64,000 nt of DNA from Carcharhinus longimanus (lineage: Eukaryota): assembly GCA_030264375.1 (NCBI GenBank), contig JASCQW010000190.1:15987528-16051527 (forward strand). Direction: 5' to 3'. Numbering within the stretch: position 1 is the first letter of the stretch; the number at the start of each line of letters is the position of its first letter. Below, one piece after another: positions 12,686-25,209 of this stretch. Both the position numbers and the translations under genes were made by a program. The notes under the pieces are model-generated. The model ran no database searches. It saw only the letters and a program-made list of their open reading frames with translations, and was not told the DNA's origin.

Positions 12686-13370
12686 TTGATTTGGTTTATT
12701 ATTGTCACATATGTTAACATACAGTGAAAGTATTGTTTCATGAACGCTATACAGATAAAGCATACCGTTCATAGAGAAGGAAATGAGAGAGTGCAGAGTG
12801 TAGTGTTACAGTCATAACTAGGGTGTAGAGAAAGACCAACTTAATGCAAGATGGGTCTGTTCAAAAGTCTGACGGCAGCAGGGAAGAAGCTGTTCTTAAG
12901 CCAGTTGGTACGTGACCTCAGACTTTTGTATCTTTTTCCCGACTGAGGAAGGTGGAGGAGAGAATGCCTGTGGTACACGGTGCCCATAATGATGCTGGCT
13001 GCTTTTTCAAGGCAGCGGGAATTGTAGACAGAGTCAGTGGATGGGAGGCTGGTTTGCATGATGGACTGGACTGCATTCACGTCCTTTTTAATTTCTTGCA
13101 GTCTTGGGCAGAGCAGGAGCCATACCATGATGTGACACAGCCAGAAAGAATGTTTTCTATGGTGCATCTGTAAAGGCTAGTGAGAGTCATAGCGGACAGA
13201 CCAAATTTCCTTAGTCTTCTGAGAAAATAGAGGCGTTGATGGGCTTTCTTACCTATAGCGTTGGTATGGCGGGGGGGGGGCAGTGTGGGGAACCAGGACA
13301 GGCTGTTGGTGATCTGGACACCTAAAAAAAATTGAAGGTCTCGATCTTTCTACTTCATCCCTGTTGATAT
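12685..13370 (-). mobile_element. Rex1/Babar-clade LINE 3' fragment with intact 3' tail
   Basis: Minus ORF KRYKSLRSRTNWLKNSFFPAAVRLLN, homologous to 9500-10009. Tail (rc) tttcactgtatgttaacatatgtgacaataataaaccaaatcaaaa. Confidence 0.8.
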
Positions 13371-13769
13371 AGTACTCTTACAAGTGATTGTCTGCAAAAT
13401 TGAATCTTGTAGAATTGAGAAGAATTTGCTGCAGTGCAATAAGAATTGGCTTTAGGCAGAAAGTTGTTCACATATTTGGGTCTATCTCCTGACCAATTAT
13501 CATTGGTTCCCTGCAGGAACCAGTGTTGGGGTCTTTGCTCTTTACGTTTTTTGGTTTAATGTTTTAAGTTTCGTTTGTGATTTATTTTTGTTTCTGGCAG
13601 TTCTCATTAAAGGGGCTGCCCCTTTTATTCCTCAGTTTATTTAATTTAGTTTAATTGTTTAACTCAAAAGAAGAGTTTGGGGACATTAATCAGTGTTTGT
13701 TAAATGTTGTTTACCTGCATGTGGGCAGGTCTAAATATACATCCAATCTGCAGGGAACAGAATTGAAAC

Positions 13770-14890
13770 TAATGGTGAAGGAAAACATGGACAAAAGAGC
13801 TGAATCCATGATGAGAATGTGATTGTCTTTGACATCAAGGTGACGTTTGATCAAATGTAGCATTAAGGAAGCCTTAGCAAAATTGAAGTCAATGGGAATC
13901 GGGGGAAAACTCTCCAAAGATGGAGTCAAACCTCTCGCAAAGGAAGGTGATTGTGGTTGTTGGCAGTCAATCCCTGGGAACAGTCTGAGATTAGCTGTTC
14001 GAAACCTTGGTGTCACGTAAGACCCCAAAAGAACTCCTAACCTAATGTTCCTGCCATCACACCTGTTTCCACCTCTGTAACACTGCCTGATTTTGCCCCG
14101 GCTCAGTTCACCTGCTGTAGAAGCCCTCATTCATGCCTTTGATACGTCAACACTCTCTATTTCAACATTCTCCTGGCTGGTCACTCAAATGGTGCTGGAG
14201 GGAGAACATGTTGAAAGTAGTGGATGGGGTGCCAATCGCTTGGATTGATTTGTCCTGGGTGGTATCAAGCTTCTGAGTGTTATTGGAGCTGCACTTATCC
14301 AGGAAAGTGGAGGACATTTCCTCAGCTCCAGGATATCATTGCAGAATTTCCTCAGAATAGAGTCTTAGCCCCAACCATCGTCAGCCATTTAATCAGTGAC
14401 CTGCCCTCCATTACAAAGTCTGACATTAATGTTCAGCACCATTTGTGATTCCTCAGAGTGCAGCAAGACTTCATTCAGGCTAGAGCTGAGAAGTAACCAG
14501 TAACATTTGCACCATATAAATGTCAGGCCAGGGCCATCTAAAGTAAGAGAGAATCTAATCATTGCCCCTTGTCATTCAATGGTATTACCATTGCTGAATC
14601 CCCACCCCAATATTTTGGAAGTTACTATTGAGTTGGAACTTAACTGGACCAACCATATGAATACCATGGTTACAAGAGCAGATCAGAGTCTGAAAATTCT
14701 GAAGAATAATTTGTGTTTGTAGATGGTGGACATGCAGTGAGTCCAGACTGTGATGGAATGCCCTCCAGTTTCTTGGATGAGTGTAGCTCCAATAACACTC
14801 AGAAGCTTGGTACCACCCAGGACAAATCAATCCAAGCGATTGGCATCCCATCCACCACTTTCAACATGTTCTCCCTCCAGCACCATTGTA
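13770..14890 (+). mobile_element. Second CR1-clade LINE family fragment, interrupted by an inverted templated insertion at 13971-14321; related fragments at ~9290-9500(+), ~19650-19960(-), ~39270-40020(+), ~49280-49550(-), ~62990-63335(+)
   Basis: RT remnants LDIK..FD, PQ..VL.P....ISDLP, homologous to ORF 49086-49502 (GVPQCSVLGPTIFSCFINDPP). Family tail ggatgggcaataaatg is shared with the second SINE family. Confidence 0.75.
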
Positions 14891-15113
14891 GAATATGAGT
14901 GACCAGCCCAGGAGAATGCTGGAATAGAGAGTGTTGATGTATCAAAGGCATGAATGAGGGCTTCTACAGCAGGTGAACTGAGCTGGGGCAAAACCAGGCA
15001 ATGTTACAGAGGTGGAAACAGGTGTGATGGCAGGAACATTAGGTTAGAAGTTCTTTTGGGGTCTTATGTGACACCAAGATTTTGAACAGCTAATCTCAGA
15101 CTGTTCCCAGGGA
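13971..15113. repeat. Long inverted repeat: arms 13971-14321 and 14755-15113
   Basis: Arms align as reverse complements at about 94% by manual count (~18 substitutions, almost all transitions, one 8-nt indel). ORFs 14224(+) and 14585-14851(-) both start MGCQSLGLICPGWYQASECYWS. Confidence 0.95.
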
Positions 15114-15142
15114 CTGGGATAGAATTGCTGGTTAGGAACTGA
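14890..15142 (-). mobile_element. L2-clade LINE fragment
   Basis: Minus-strand V.NLGV..D, EALIHAF.TS.L...N.LL motifs of L2 ORF2. Confidence 0.7.
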
Positions 15143-16069
15143 NNNNNNNNNNNNNNNNNNNNNNNNNNNNNNNNNNNNNNNNNNNNNNNNNNNNNNNNNN
15201 NNNNNNNNNNNNNNNNNNNNNNNNNNNNNNNNNNNNNNNNNNNNNNNNNNNNNNNNNNNNNNNNNNNNNNNNNNNNNNNNNNNNNNNNNNNNNNNNNNNN
15301 NNNNNNNNNNNNNNNNNNNNNNNNNNNNNNNNNNNNNNNNNNNNNNNNNNNNNNNNNNNNNNNNNNNNNNNNNNNNNNNNNNNNNNNNNNNNNNNNNNNN
15401 NNNNNNNNNNNNNNNNNNNNNNNNNNNNNNNNNNNNNNNNNNNNNNNNNNNNNNNNNNNNNNNNNNNNTATGGTCAACTGTGCCAGAAGTTGCAGATAAG
15501 CAAAATGGGCGAGAAAGGAAAATTTACCACAGCAACATGGAATGTATGGAACATGGAAAATGGCAGGGACCGTAACCTGATTGCAGGAATTGAAGCCAGG
15601 GGTTCTGAGAAAAATGGGCAACAATACAGTAAGGGATATCCTTATGGCTGTGGAGGCATTACACTGACCCATCAATGATAGGACGTAATTACAACACGAG
15701 ATGTTTATGTAGGTGTTAAAATGAATATAGAAATATATTTTAAGGAAGAATTAGTGAGAGTATAAATAAGATTGATGTATGGTTTGCATGCTGCTGGAAG
15801 GAAGGCTTTAGATTCTTAGCAATTGGAGCAGGAGGCATCTATTCAGAAGGGACATGTCACATCTCAACAAGAGTGGGACTAAGTGTCCTGATGGCAAGGT
15901 TCACCAAGTGTGATTATGGAGGATTTAAACTAAATTGGTAGGGACTTGTAGAAGTAGAAGTAGAGGAAAAAAAAGTTGCATAAAGGAGCAAACATTGCAT
16001 AGTGTTAGAGAAGGAAACAGTGATATTACATAGGAGCAGCTCAAAGTTTTAAAGTTTTTAAAGTTTCTT

Positions 16070-16370
16070 AAAGTTTATTTTATTAGTGTCCCAAGTAGGC
16101 TTACATTAACAGTGCAATGAAGTTACTGTGAAAATCCCCGAATTGTGACACTCCAGCACCTGTTTGGGTACTTTGAGGGAGCATAGCCAATGCACCTAAC
16201 CAACTCATCTTTCGGACTGTGGGAGGAAACCAGAGCATCCGGGGAAAACCCACGCTGACACGGGGAAAATGTCCAAACACTGCACAGACAAGAACCCAAG
16301 CTGGTAATCAAACCCGGGTCCCTGGTGCTGTGAGGCAGCAGTGCTTAAAAACTGTGCCACCATGCCACCC
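16070..16370 (-). mobile_element. V-SINE, type-2 tail
   Basis: Homologous to 7880-8163 over head, core and tail. Confidence 0.85.
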
Positions 16371-17010
16371 ATCAAGAGGATTACAGAACTTTATTATGCA
16401 TGTATCTAAAAGTGCAAAGTGGGTGAATGAGGCTGGTGAACCACATGGGTAAATAGCCATATGGAATGCATGGCAATAATAAAATTGTGGCTTGAAATTG
16501 GTGAGTAATGTGTCTAATATTCAAGAGTACAAAGTGATTAAAAAGAAGAAGGAAAAAGAGAGGTGGAGTTATCAGTACTCATTAGGGAAAGTGTGGTGTT
16601 CAACAGTTAAGGATGTCCTTAGAGGGGACAGAGACAGAATCCGTTTGGTTAGAGCTGAGAAACAAAAAAGGGTATGATCACCATACTGGGGATAGTCGAT
16701 AATCCTCCAATAGTTAGAGAAAGAGGAGCAAATGTGCAAGAATTATAATTATGACACTTGTAAGCTTTACTGATTGTGATATGTGAAGGAAGAGGAGGTT
16801 GTGAAATTAGTTTAGAGAGAACTTTCTTAATCTGGGCCTAACCAGGGAGGAGACATGGCCCATCAAATTTCTCTGTACTATATCCAGCTAAGTACCAATA
16901 CCTGTTTGGAAACAATTGAACTTGTGGTCATCGTATCATAAGATTGAGATTAGCAATGAAGAATAGCAAGGAGCAATCTAAAGTAGAACATCCCAATTCG
17001 GGTGGCATTG

Positions 17011-17348
17011 GGGCAGCACAGTGGCACAGTGATTAGCACTGCACCTCACAGTGATTAGCACTGCACCTCACAGTGCCAGGGATCTGGGTTCAGTTACGGT
17101 CTTGGGTCCGTAGTTTGCATATTTTTGCCATGTCTGAGTGGATTTCCTCTGGGTTCTCCAGTTTCCTCCCACAGTCCAAAGATGTGCAGGTTAGGTGGAT
17201 TAGCCATGCTAATTTGCCCCCCAGTATCAGGGACTAGCTGAATAAATACATGGAGTCACGGAAATAGGGTGTGGGTGGGATTGTTGTTGGTGCAAGCTTG
17301 ATGGGCCGAATGGCCTCCTACTGCACTGTAATGACTCTATGATCTATT
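17011..17348 (+). mobile_element. HE1-type V-SINE (CR1 tail) with an internal 22-bp tandem duplication
   Basis: HE1 head, core and tail; cacagtgattagcactgcacct occurs twice in tandem. Confidence 0.88.
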
Positions 17349-18022
17349 CTAATTGGAAGAAAGCTAATTTCAATGGTATGAGTAAGGATCAAGCCAGGTA
17401 AAATTGAACCAAAGATTGATGAGAAAAACTGATGCGACAATGGGTGATCTTCAAAGAGGAGATGCTTCAGGTATAAGCTAGATAGGCCCTAACAAGGGAA
17501 TCAATGCTGATGAGCAAAATGGAGAACATGATGAAACAAAAAAAGAATGCATGGTTCATGTTGCTTGATGAATTCAACTAAGATCCAGATCGGATATAAT
17601 AAATTAAGAAGGAAAATGAAGGGACTGTCAAGAATGAGAATAGAATGATGGTTAACANNNNNNNNNNATGATCTATGATTAGAGGCACAGAGGATGCAGA
17701 CAAAATATTAGTAAAATGGAAATGGTGGAAGTAACAGAGGAGGTGAAACATTGATATGAAGGATATATGGAAAAACTGGCTCTGTTTAAGTGGATAACTC
17801 ACCTGATCCAGATGGCTTACTTCCCAGGTCACTAAAGGAAGTAGCAGAATAATTCTCTTGTCTCCCCTAGTTTGGAGGAAATGTCAGAGGATTGTAAAGT
17901 GACATGAAATTCAAGAAAAGATGTTTGCAATGTTTGACTAATCCAGGAAAATGATCAACAGGTTCTTGTAGAAGATCGATTAATTAAGACCCAGCATGAA
18001 TTTGTAATAGTGGATGGTGCTT

Positions 18023-18663
18023 GAACATAGAACATTACAGCGCAGAACAGGCCCTTCGGCCCACGATGTTGCGCCGACCAGCTTTTTTTTTAACAAAAAA
18101 CACTGACCCACTAATCTAAACCAATCCCTTTTCGTCCATAAACCTATCCACAGATCTCTTAAACGNNNNNNNNNNNNNNNNNNNNNNNNNNNNNNNNNNN
18201 NNNNNNNNNNNNNNNNNNNNNNNNNNNNNNNNNNNNNNNNNNNNNNNNNNNNNNNNNNNNNNNNNCCCCACCCCTCGAGTGGTTGGTGCCTGGCGGGCAG
18301 TAACATTGTGCCTGGGGGAAGTGCCAGTGTGCCAGGTTGGCAGTGCCAGGTTGTCAGGTTGGCTGGGCAGGCCAGGCTCTGTCTGAGCGGCACACCCTGA
18401 CCTCAATGGCCTCTGTGCCCACTCTCGTGGTGATCACACACGGTCCCTGTTGATGGGACTCTCTCCCAGCCGGGGGGACTGGGAGGGGTGGAGGGGGTGT
18501 CTGGGATGAGGGGCTACAGTAGCAAGCCCGGAGAACATAGAACATAGAACATAGAACATTACAGCGCAGACCAGGCCCTTCGGCCCACGATGTTGCGCCG
18601 ACCAGCTTTTTTTTTAACAAAAACACTGACCCACTAATCTAAACCAATCCCTTTTCGTCCATA
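18023..18663 (-). mobile_element. Two near-identical young CR1 3' tails (18023-18165, 18533-18663) around a gap and a GC-rich repeat
   Basis: (agaacat)n tail plus caggcccttcggcccacgatgttgcgccgacc present twice, nearly identical over ~118 bp. Confidence 0.75.
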
Positions 18664-20149
18664 TGTTGACTGTTACTTCATCAAAAAAAAATTATACTAA
18701 TGTGGTTGAAGAAAATGTACTGGATGTTGTCTATATAGATTTTAAGAGCCTTTAACAAAGTACCATGTGAAAGGCTGGTTAACAAAATTAGGACTCAGAG
18801 GAGGAACAATGCTAGTTTAGATTTTAAAAAATGGTTTAACAACTAAAAATAGTTGTGGTAAGTGGTTGTTTTTCAGACTGGAGGATGTTAGTGGTGATAT
18901 TTCTCAGTCCTTGAAGCTTTTGCCTTTTTAGATAGAAATGACTTGGATATATTACAGCAAAATTTCAATTTTCCGACAACACCACACTTGGAGGTATGGT
19001 TGAAAGTCAACTGCAGCAGGACTTTGGCAAGAAGAGTGAACAGACAAGTAGCTGATGAAGTGTGAAGGGATGTACTTTAGCAGAAGGATAGGGATATATC
19101 TTTATATCTCTATAAGGATAGGGAAAGACAATGTTGACTAAATGGCACAATTCTAAATCATGGACAGGGAGTGGGGGTTCATGTGCATTGTTCTTTGAAG
19201 GTGGCAGAACATGTGGAGAAAGTTGTTAGCAAAACATATGGGATCTTGCTCTTCATGAATAGAGCAAAGTTACCTGACTCTGATTAGAACTCTACCACAA
19301 TATTGTGTCCAGTCCTGCATAACTTTTCAGAGAGGTTGTGAAGGTGCTTGAGGGTGCAAAGGAGACTTATCAGAATGGTTCCAAGAGGCATTTTAGCTAC
19401 AAGATTAAGTTGTAGAAGCTGGGCTGGCTCTATGTGGAGGAAAGGAGAATAAGGAAAGATTTGATCAAAGTGGACAAAATGATGACTGATTTTGATAAAG
19501 TAGACAAAGAAAGACTGTTCCTTTTAGCTGATATTACAAAGACGAGGGGGCACAGATTTAGGTGAGATGTGAGGATGATCTTTGCACAGTGGATGGTAAT
19601 GACCTGGGAGTAGTGGAACTGTAAAGACTGAATGATTTCAAAAGGATCATTTAAAAAATTTAATTACAGGATGTGGGCATCACCGGCTAGGCCAGCATTC
19701 ATTACCCATCTGTAATTGCCATTGAGAAGGTGGTGATGAGTTGCCTTCTTGCACAGCTGCAATCTATGTTGTAGAAACACCCACAATGCTGTTAAAACTG
19801 GAGTTCTAGGATTCTAATCCAGTGACAGTGAAGGGTTGGCAATAAAGTTCCAAGTCAGGATTGTGTATGGCTTGGAGGGAAGTTTCCAGGTGTTGATGTT
19901 CCCATTTATCAGCTGCACATGGCCTTCTAAAAGGTAGCGGCCTAGGTTTGGAAGGTGTTGTCAAAGTACACCTTGGATACTTGAGTGAAATAAACTTGCT
20001 GGACTACACGAATAGGATGGGTAAGTAAGACTGATTGGATTGCTCTCCAGAGAATGGACCTCGACTTGATGGGCCAAATTGGCTCTTGTGCTATTTCTGA
20101 CAAAATGGGGATTGAATTCCATTGTACACCTGGTGCAATTATCCTTCAT

Positions 20150-21130
20150 GTTATGAACGTACACATGAATTAGGAGTAGGACACTTGGCTTTTCTTGTTT
20201 GCTCTACCATTCAATTAGATAATGGCTGGTCTGACTGTGATTTTGATCCCACATTCCTGCTTACCAGATAACTTGTCAATCAATTCATCTAACTTGGCTT
20301 TAAAAATATTCAAAGGCTCTGCTGCTGCTTTTTGAGGAAGATTTCCAAAGACCCACAACCCTCAGAGAAAATTTCTCCTAATCTGTCCTAAACGGGTGAC
20401 CCCTTATTTTTAAACAGTGACCCCTGGTTTTAGCTTCTCCCAACAGAGGAAATATCGTCTCCACATCCACCATCGCACCCTTCTAAACTCTAGCAGACAC
20501 AAGACTAGACTGTCCAACTTTTCCCAATAGGACAATCTTCCCATTTTAGGTACTAATCGAGTAAACCATTTCCTGAGCTGCTTCCAAGAGATTCATATCC
20601 TTCTTTTAAGCAAGGAGACCAGTGCTGTACACGGTATTCCACATGTGATCTCATCAATGCCCTGTACAACTGAAGCATAACTTCACTACTTTTGTGATCA
20701 CTTCCCCTCACATACTAACCTTTTTGTTATTTATGCATTAGATCCCTCTGAATTTTTGGCCTCTGCAACTTTTCGCCATTTAATATTAAACTTGTGTTTC
20801 TAAGTGGAGAATTTCTAATTTTCTGAAAATATACTCTATTTGCCAGATCTTCACTGATTTAATATTCCTTTGTATCATCTTTATGTTCACTTCACATTTT
20901 TTACTTCCCTACCTATCTTTGTCATCAGTAAATTTAGCAACCATCTGGTCGCATCATCCGAATCATCTTGTAAAATTGTAAAAAGTTGAGTCCCCAGCAT
21001 TGATCCCTATGGCACATCACTTGTTACATCCTGCCAACCTGTCAAAAGCCCATTTATGCCAGTTCTGGCTAGCTAACAGGAAATGATTTTCTATCTATGC
21101 TGATATGTTACCCCCTGCCCCAAGAGCTTT
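20150..21130 (-). mobile_element. CR1 LINE 3' fragment
   Basis: Reverse CR1 3' UTR and RT remnants (SDVP.GS.LG, KFTDD.K). Confidence 0.75.
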
Positions 21131-21389
21131 GAAATGTTTCTTCAGGGGAAGACTGCACTTGGTGGCAATGCCACGTATACAAAAATTGAACTTGTTTATT
21201 CTAAATTTAGCTTTCATATTTCCATTTTCTTGGCCTATTGTGTGGCTTATCTTGAATTTGTGTGGGTGGCTTAGCTGTCTAGCTCCACTTTCTCAACCCA
21301 AGTGTTAAGCCTCCCTCCTTGTTTCTACACACCTCAGATTACTTTTGACCTCACCTGAGTAGTGGAATCTGATTCAGTGCATTTAGACC

Positions 21390-21660
21390 ATTAGACATAG
21401 GAAGGAAAATTAGGCCACTCAGCCCATCGAGTCTACTCTGCCATTCAATCATCACTGATATTTTTCTCGTTCCCATTCTCCTGACTTTTCCCCATAATCC
21501 CGCTCCCCTTATTAATCATGAACCTATCTGTCTCTGTCTTAAAGACACTTAATGACTTGACCTCCACAGCCTTCTGCGGCATAGTTCTACAGATTTGCTA
21601 CTCTCTAACTGAAGAAATTCCTCCTCATCTCTGATTTAAAGGATCGTCCCTTTAGCCTTT
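21390..21660 (-). mobile_element. CR1 3' end fragment; similar tails at ~29545-29790(+), ~45805-46070(+), ~48060-48165(-), ~51243-51370(-), ~51890-52200(-), ~62640-62915(+)
   Basis: Reverse tail ccattagacataggaagg...taggccactcagcccatcgagtct...ccattcaat. Confidence 0.75.
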
Positions 21661-22399
21661 TACCGTTCTTCAAAATGGATTTGCAAACATTTAGTTCTTC
21701 GTGCATTTGTGAACATTAAGTGATGTCTGCAATTATTCTGGATCCCTGTCTTTCAAAACTAAGTTTTAGTTACTGAATATTTATAATTTAAATTGGTTAC
21801 ATGGAGTTAGCTATGTCAGTAATTTTGAGTTCCATTTCACACAAACTTGAAACAGTTCCATGTTTGTGTACTTGACGTCAATTTGAAACCACATGATGGC
21901 TAATTTTGACATTTCTTTTGACTTGCATAACTGCAAGTCTTGAGAAATCTTTACTGAAGATTAGTTTTCAGAAGGTTTCCAAGTCCCGAGATGTGTGGGG
22001 AGGCTGGAGGAGGAAATTGAACTTGTTGGCACTTTGCTAATCTGCTCACTTCAGGATTTCCAATGTAATAATATAGTTCTCCACTCACAATTCCTCAGCA
22101 TCTGGGCAAATGAGAATTCACCACGATGGAGAGGAAAATCTAGGCCTTCAAGTCTAAATTCATAGCCTTGGTCTATTATAGAGCAGCCCCTTGAGCAAAA
22201 TCTCCATCACTAGTAACAAGTATATATTCTCTTTATCAAGGTTTTTGTCTGATACAATTTCAGTGTTGAAATCATTTACTAAATATATTGTTTTCTTGTG
22301 AAGATTTGAAAATAGAAATAAATGCTGTTCCTGTTAAAACTATGCTTGGAGAAACAATTTTAGCAAAAAAATTGTAAGTGAACTCTGAAAAGTGAGCTG

Positions 22400-23200
22400 C
22401 TCCTGTTGTCAAAGTAAGCTATTGTGGATGACAAATTGGTGACAAAGGAAAGTGCAAACAATAATGTATAGGTCAACCAATTAGAGGACTGGATAGGATG
22501 CACAAGTGGGCTAATGATGAGTGGCAAATTGAATTTAATGTGGACAAGTGATGTGTACTGAAACTAGGGATATGTAATTGGGTCGGAGTCGCAATTAACT
22601 GGCTTCAACCTAATAGCAGGACCTAGGGATATTGGGAGGATAGTTCACTAAATCAATAGTGCAATGTGTAGCAGGAATGGTAAGCAGATTTTGCGCTGTG
22701 TACCCACATGGATGAAACATAAATCCTAAAAGAAGATATGCCTATCCAAGGCACTAGTACAACCATTACTAGAAATGGTGTACTTTTTTTTTGTCAAATG
22801 CATTAAGCAGAAATATCATACATGAAATTAAGTGGTATTTATTTTAAAATAGACAACCTAGCTTCAAGTAGGTGTGCTATTTGGAGGTTGAAAACCCTGA
22901 AATTTTTCAATGGGGAAGAGCAGGCTCAAGTTGATTCAAATCTTCAAGGTGAATTGAGCTTGCCAAGAAGTTGAGAACCAGGAAAGATGGCCTCCAGTTT
23001 GGGGGTGAGATACAGATTGTTTAAATGTATTTACTTCACAAAGGGTAGTGAATGAAAGGAAGGAGTGGAGGCAAATTGCCGGAAGTGGTGGCAGAGTGGG
23101 GGGGGGGGGGGAAGAAAAGAAAAAAAATCAGATGTTTTGAGTGTGTTAGTTTTGCGAGGAGAGTAACCTCTGAACCTGCAAACTTTTGTGTTCCTCAATG
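22400..23200 (+). mobile_element. Old CR1-like LINE fragment
   Basis: DD.LV, WQIEFNVDK..V motif at ~22520. Confidence 0.6.
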
Positions 23201-23869
23201 TAGCTGATTTTCTTACCTATGTATTCTCTCTCCTGCCTGGTGCCCTGTAATGCTGCTACAATATGCTGAAGAATATGCTATTTTGTAAAGGCAGACATAT
23301 GTCGATAGCTTTTTTTTTACTTCCCACATGCTGCCAATCTAATTATTACCATCATTTTTCGATATTTAATTTATAATTTTACTGTAATCTTACTTGTAAC
23401 TTGCAAAGGACAAATCAGACATTAGTAACTTGGGAAGTAAATAAATGTAGCAAGCAATTAAAGTTGTTTTTTGAAACTTCAGTTGTGATCTGAGTATTGT
23501 ATTTGGGTAGAGGTCCTTTTTAAAATGTTGGGTCCATGTTTTGTGCTGTAGAAGAACAATTTGTATTCATTGTACAGAGTGAATTAACATGAATGTCAGG
23601 ACTTGGTTAGCAAAAGGCAACCATTCTGGCTCTTACAATACCGCTTTTGTAACCAGCAATAAATAGGTCTAAAAACAGATGGCCTGAATTTATAAAAGAC
23701 TGAACTTCAGTAAATACACTGCTGAAAACCCTTGCACTAAATGTGTTAGCATTTCACACAAGTTTACTGCTTGGACTTCTGTCTCCAAACTTGGCGCATT
23801 CACAGATCATTATGTCTGCAAGCTCCATGACCTAATACTTCATGACTCAACCTGCACCAACATCACGAC

Positions 23870-24490
23870 AACAGCAGCTTGAATGTATTAAAAAGTAATG
23901 ATAAAGCTAAAATGTGATGCTGAGCCACGTAAGGAAATATTGGATCAAAAGCGAAGGTAAAAAGCTAGGTTCTAAGGAGCTTCTTTAAGGAGGTGGGGTC
24001 CCAGAGCCTGGGGCCTCAGCAACTGAAGGCATAGCCAGCAAGGGTGAAATCTGTAAAATCAGGGATGCTCAAGGCCAGAAATAGTGTCAATATTTCATGG
24101 CGGGGAGGGTTGGAGGTGACTAAATAGAGAAGACATGGCCATGCAATGATCAATGAGGAAGAGAACTTTAAAATTGAAACATTGCCCAATCTTTTCAAAC
24201 AATGTCTCAATGCAGGTGAATATGGGTGAACCGGACGTGATAGATACGGACCGCAGAGTTTCGGCTGACTTTGCATTTATGCAGCATAGAATGTGGAAGA
24301 CCAAGGAGCTGCACTGGAATAGCCAAATTTGGAGGTTAAAGGAAAAGGCATGAATAAAGGTTTTAGCAGCAGATAGCTGAAACAGGGGCAATATTTTGGA
24401 GGTATATCATGAGCTGGAAGCTCATCTCAGACGTCCAATGTGACATCCAAGATGTGGGCAGACTGGTTTAGTCTCCACTTTTTCCATGGA
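23870..24490 (-). mobile_element. L2 LINE 3' fragment; related pieces at ~29290-29950(-), ~47360-47720(+), ~63600-63760(-)
   Basis: Minus-strand KTFIHAF, H..PALR, FK.L, G.AFS motifs of the L2 ORF2 C-terminus. Confidence 0.7.
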
Positions 24491-24636
24491 GAAGTTTGGA
24501 TTTGGAGGTGAGGGAATGGAGTTTGGAGCAAGAAAATTTATTTTGTGAATTAATTGTGTACAGTTAAGTAAAAACATTGTTCCTAAATCACTTCTCAACA
24601 CCATGTTGATGTAACTGATCTGTCTTGGGACTGAGG

Positions 24637-24897
24637 CTTTGACAAAGGGTCATCTGGACTTGAAACATCAGCTCTTTTCTCTCCTTACAGATGCTGCCAG
24701 ACCTGCTGAGATNNNNNNNNNNNNNNNNNNNNNNNNNNNNNNNNNNNNNNNNNNNNNNNNNNNNNNNNNNNNNNNNNNNNNNNNNNNNNNNNNNNNNNNN
24801 NNNNNNNNNNNNTACAGATGCTGCCAGACCTGCTGAGATTTTCCAGCATTTTTTCTTTTGGTTTCAGATTCCAGCATCTGCAGTAATTTCTTTTTAT
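24637..24897 (+). mobile_element. Penelope-derived element, family B (single arm, duplicated across a 100-N gap)
   Basis: Decayed hammerhead-like tgacaa-agggtc-atctg-gactt-gaaa, then cagatgctgccagacctgctgagattttccagcatt...ccagcatctgcagta; homologous to 60606-61272. Confidence 0.7.
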
Positions 24898-25209
24898 CCT
24901 GTCTTGGAATTAATCCTGCTTCTCATTTAGTTCTGTTCACAACAGAATATAGCCATTTCTTTTTTGATTGGAGTGGCAACAGATTCCCATGAAAGGAATC
25001 TATTTATTTATGCAGGGAAATATTTCTGCAACTTGTGCTTGCAGAAGATATTCTATATATAACAGTGATTGTATTTTTTATCAGGTGAATTTGAGCTTTT
25101 CACGTGGCAGCAGGTGAATTAATCAAGAATCAAGCTGCACTTTGAATGTAAAGTTATTCATTGCTCAGACACAACTAAGGAAATAGAGTAAAAAAAATAC
25201 ATTAATTAA

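Larger units (their letters stand above)
15540..19650 (+). mobile_element. Degenerate long CR1 LINE interrupted by SINEs and young CR1 tails
   Basis: Ordered ORF2 remnants (SPDPDG ~17800, QH.F ~17993, DVVYIDF...KVP ~18720) and a CR1-type 3' region. Confidence 0.75.
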
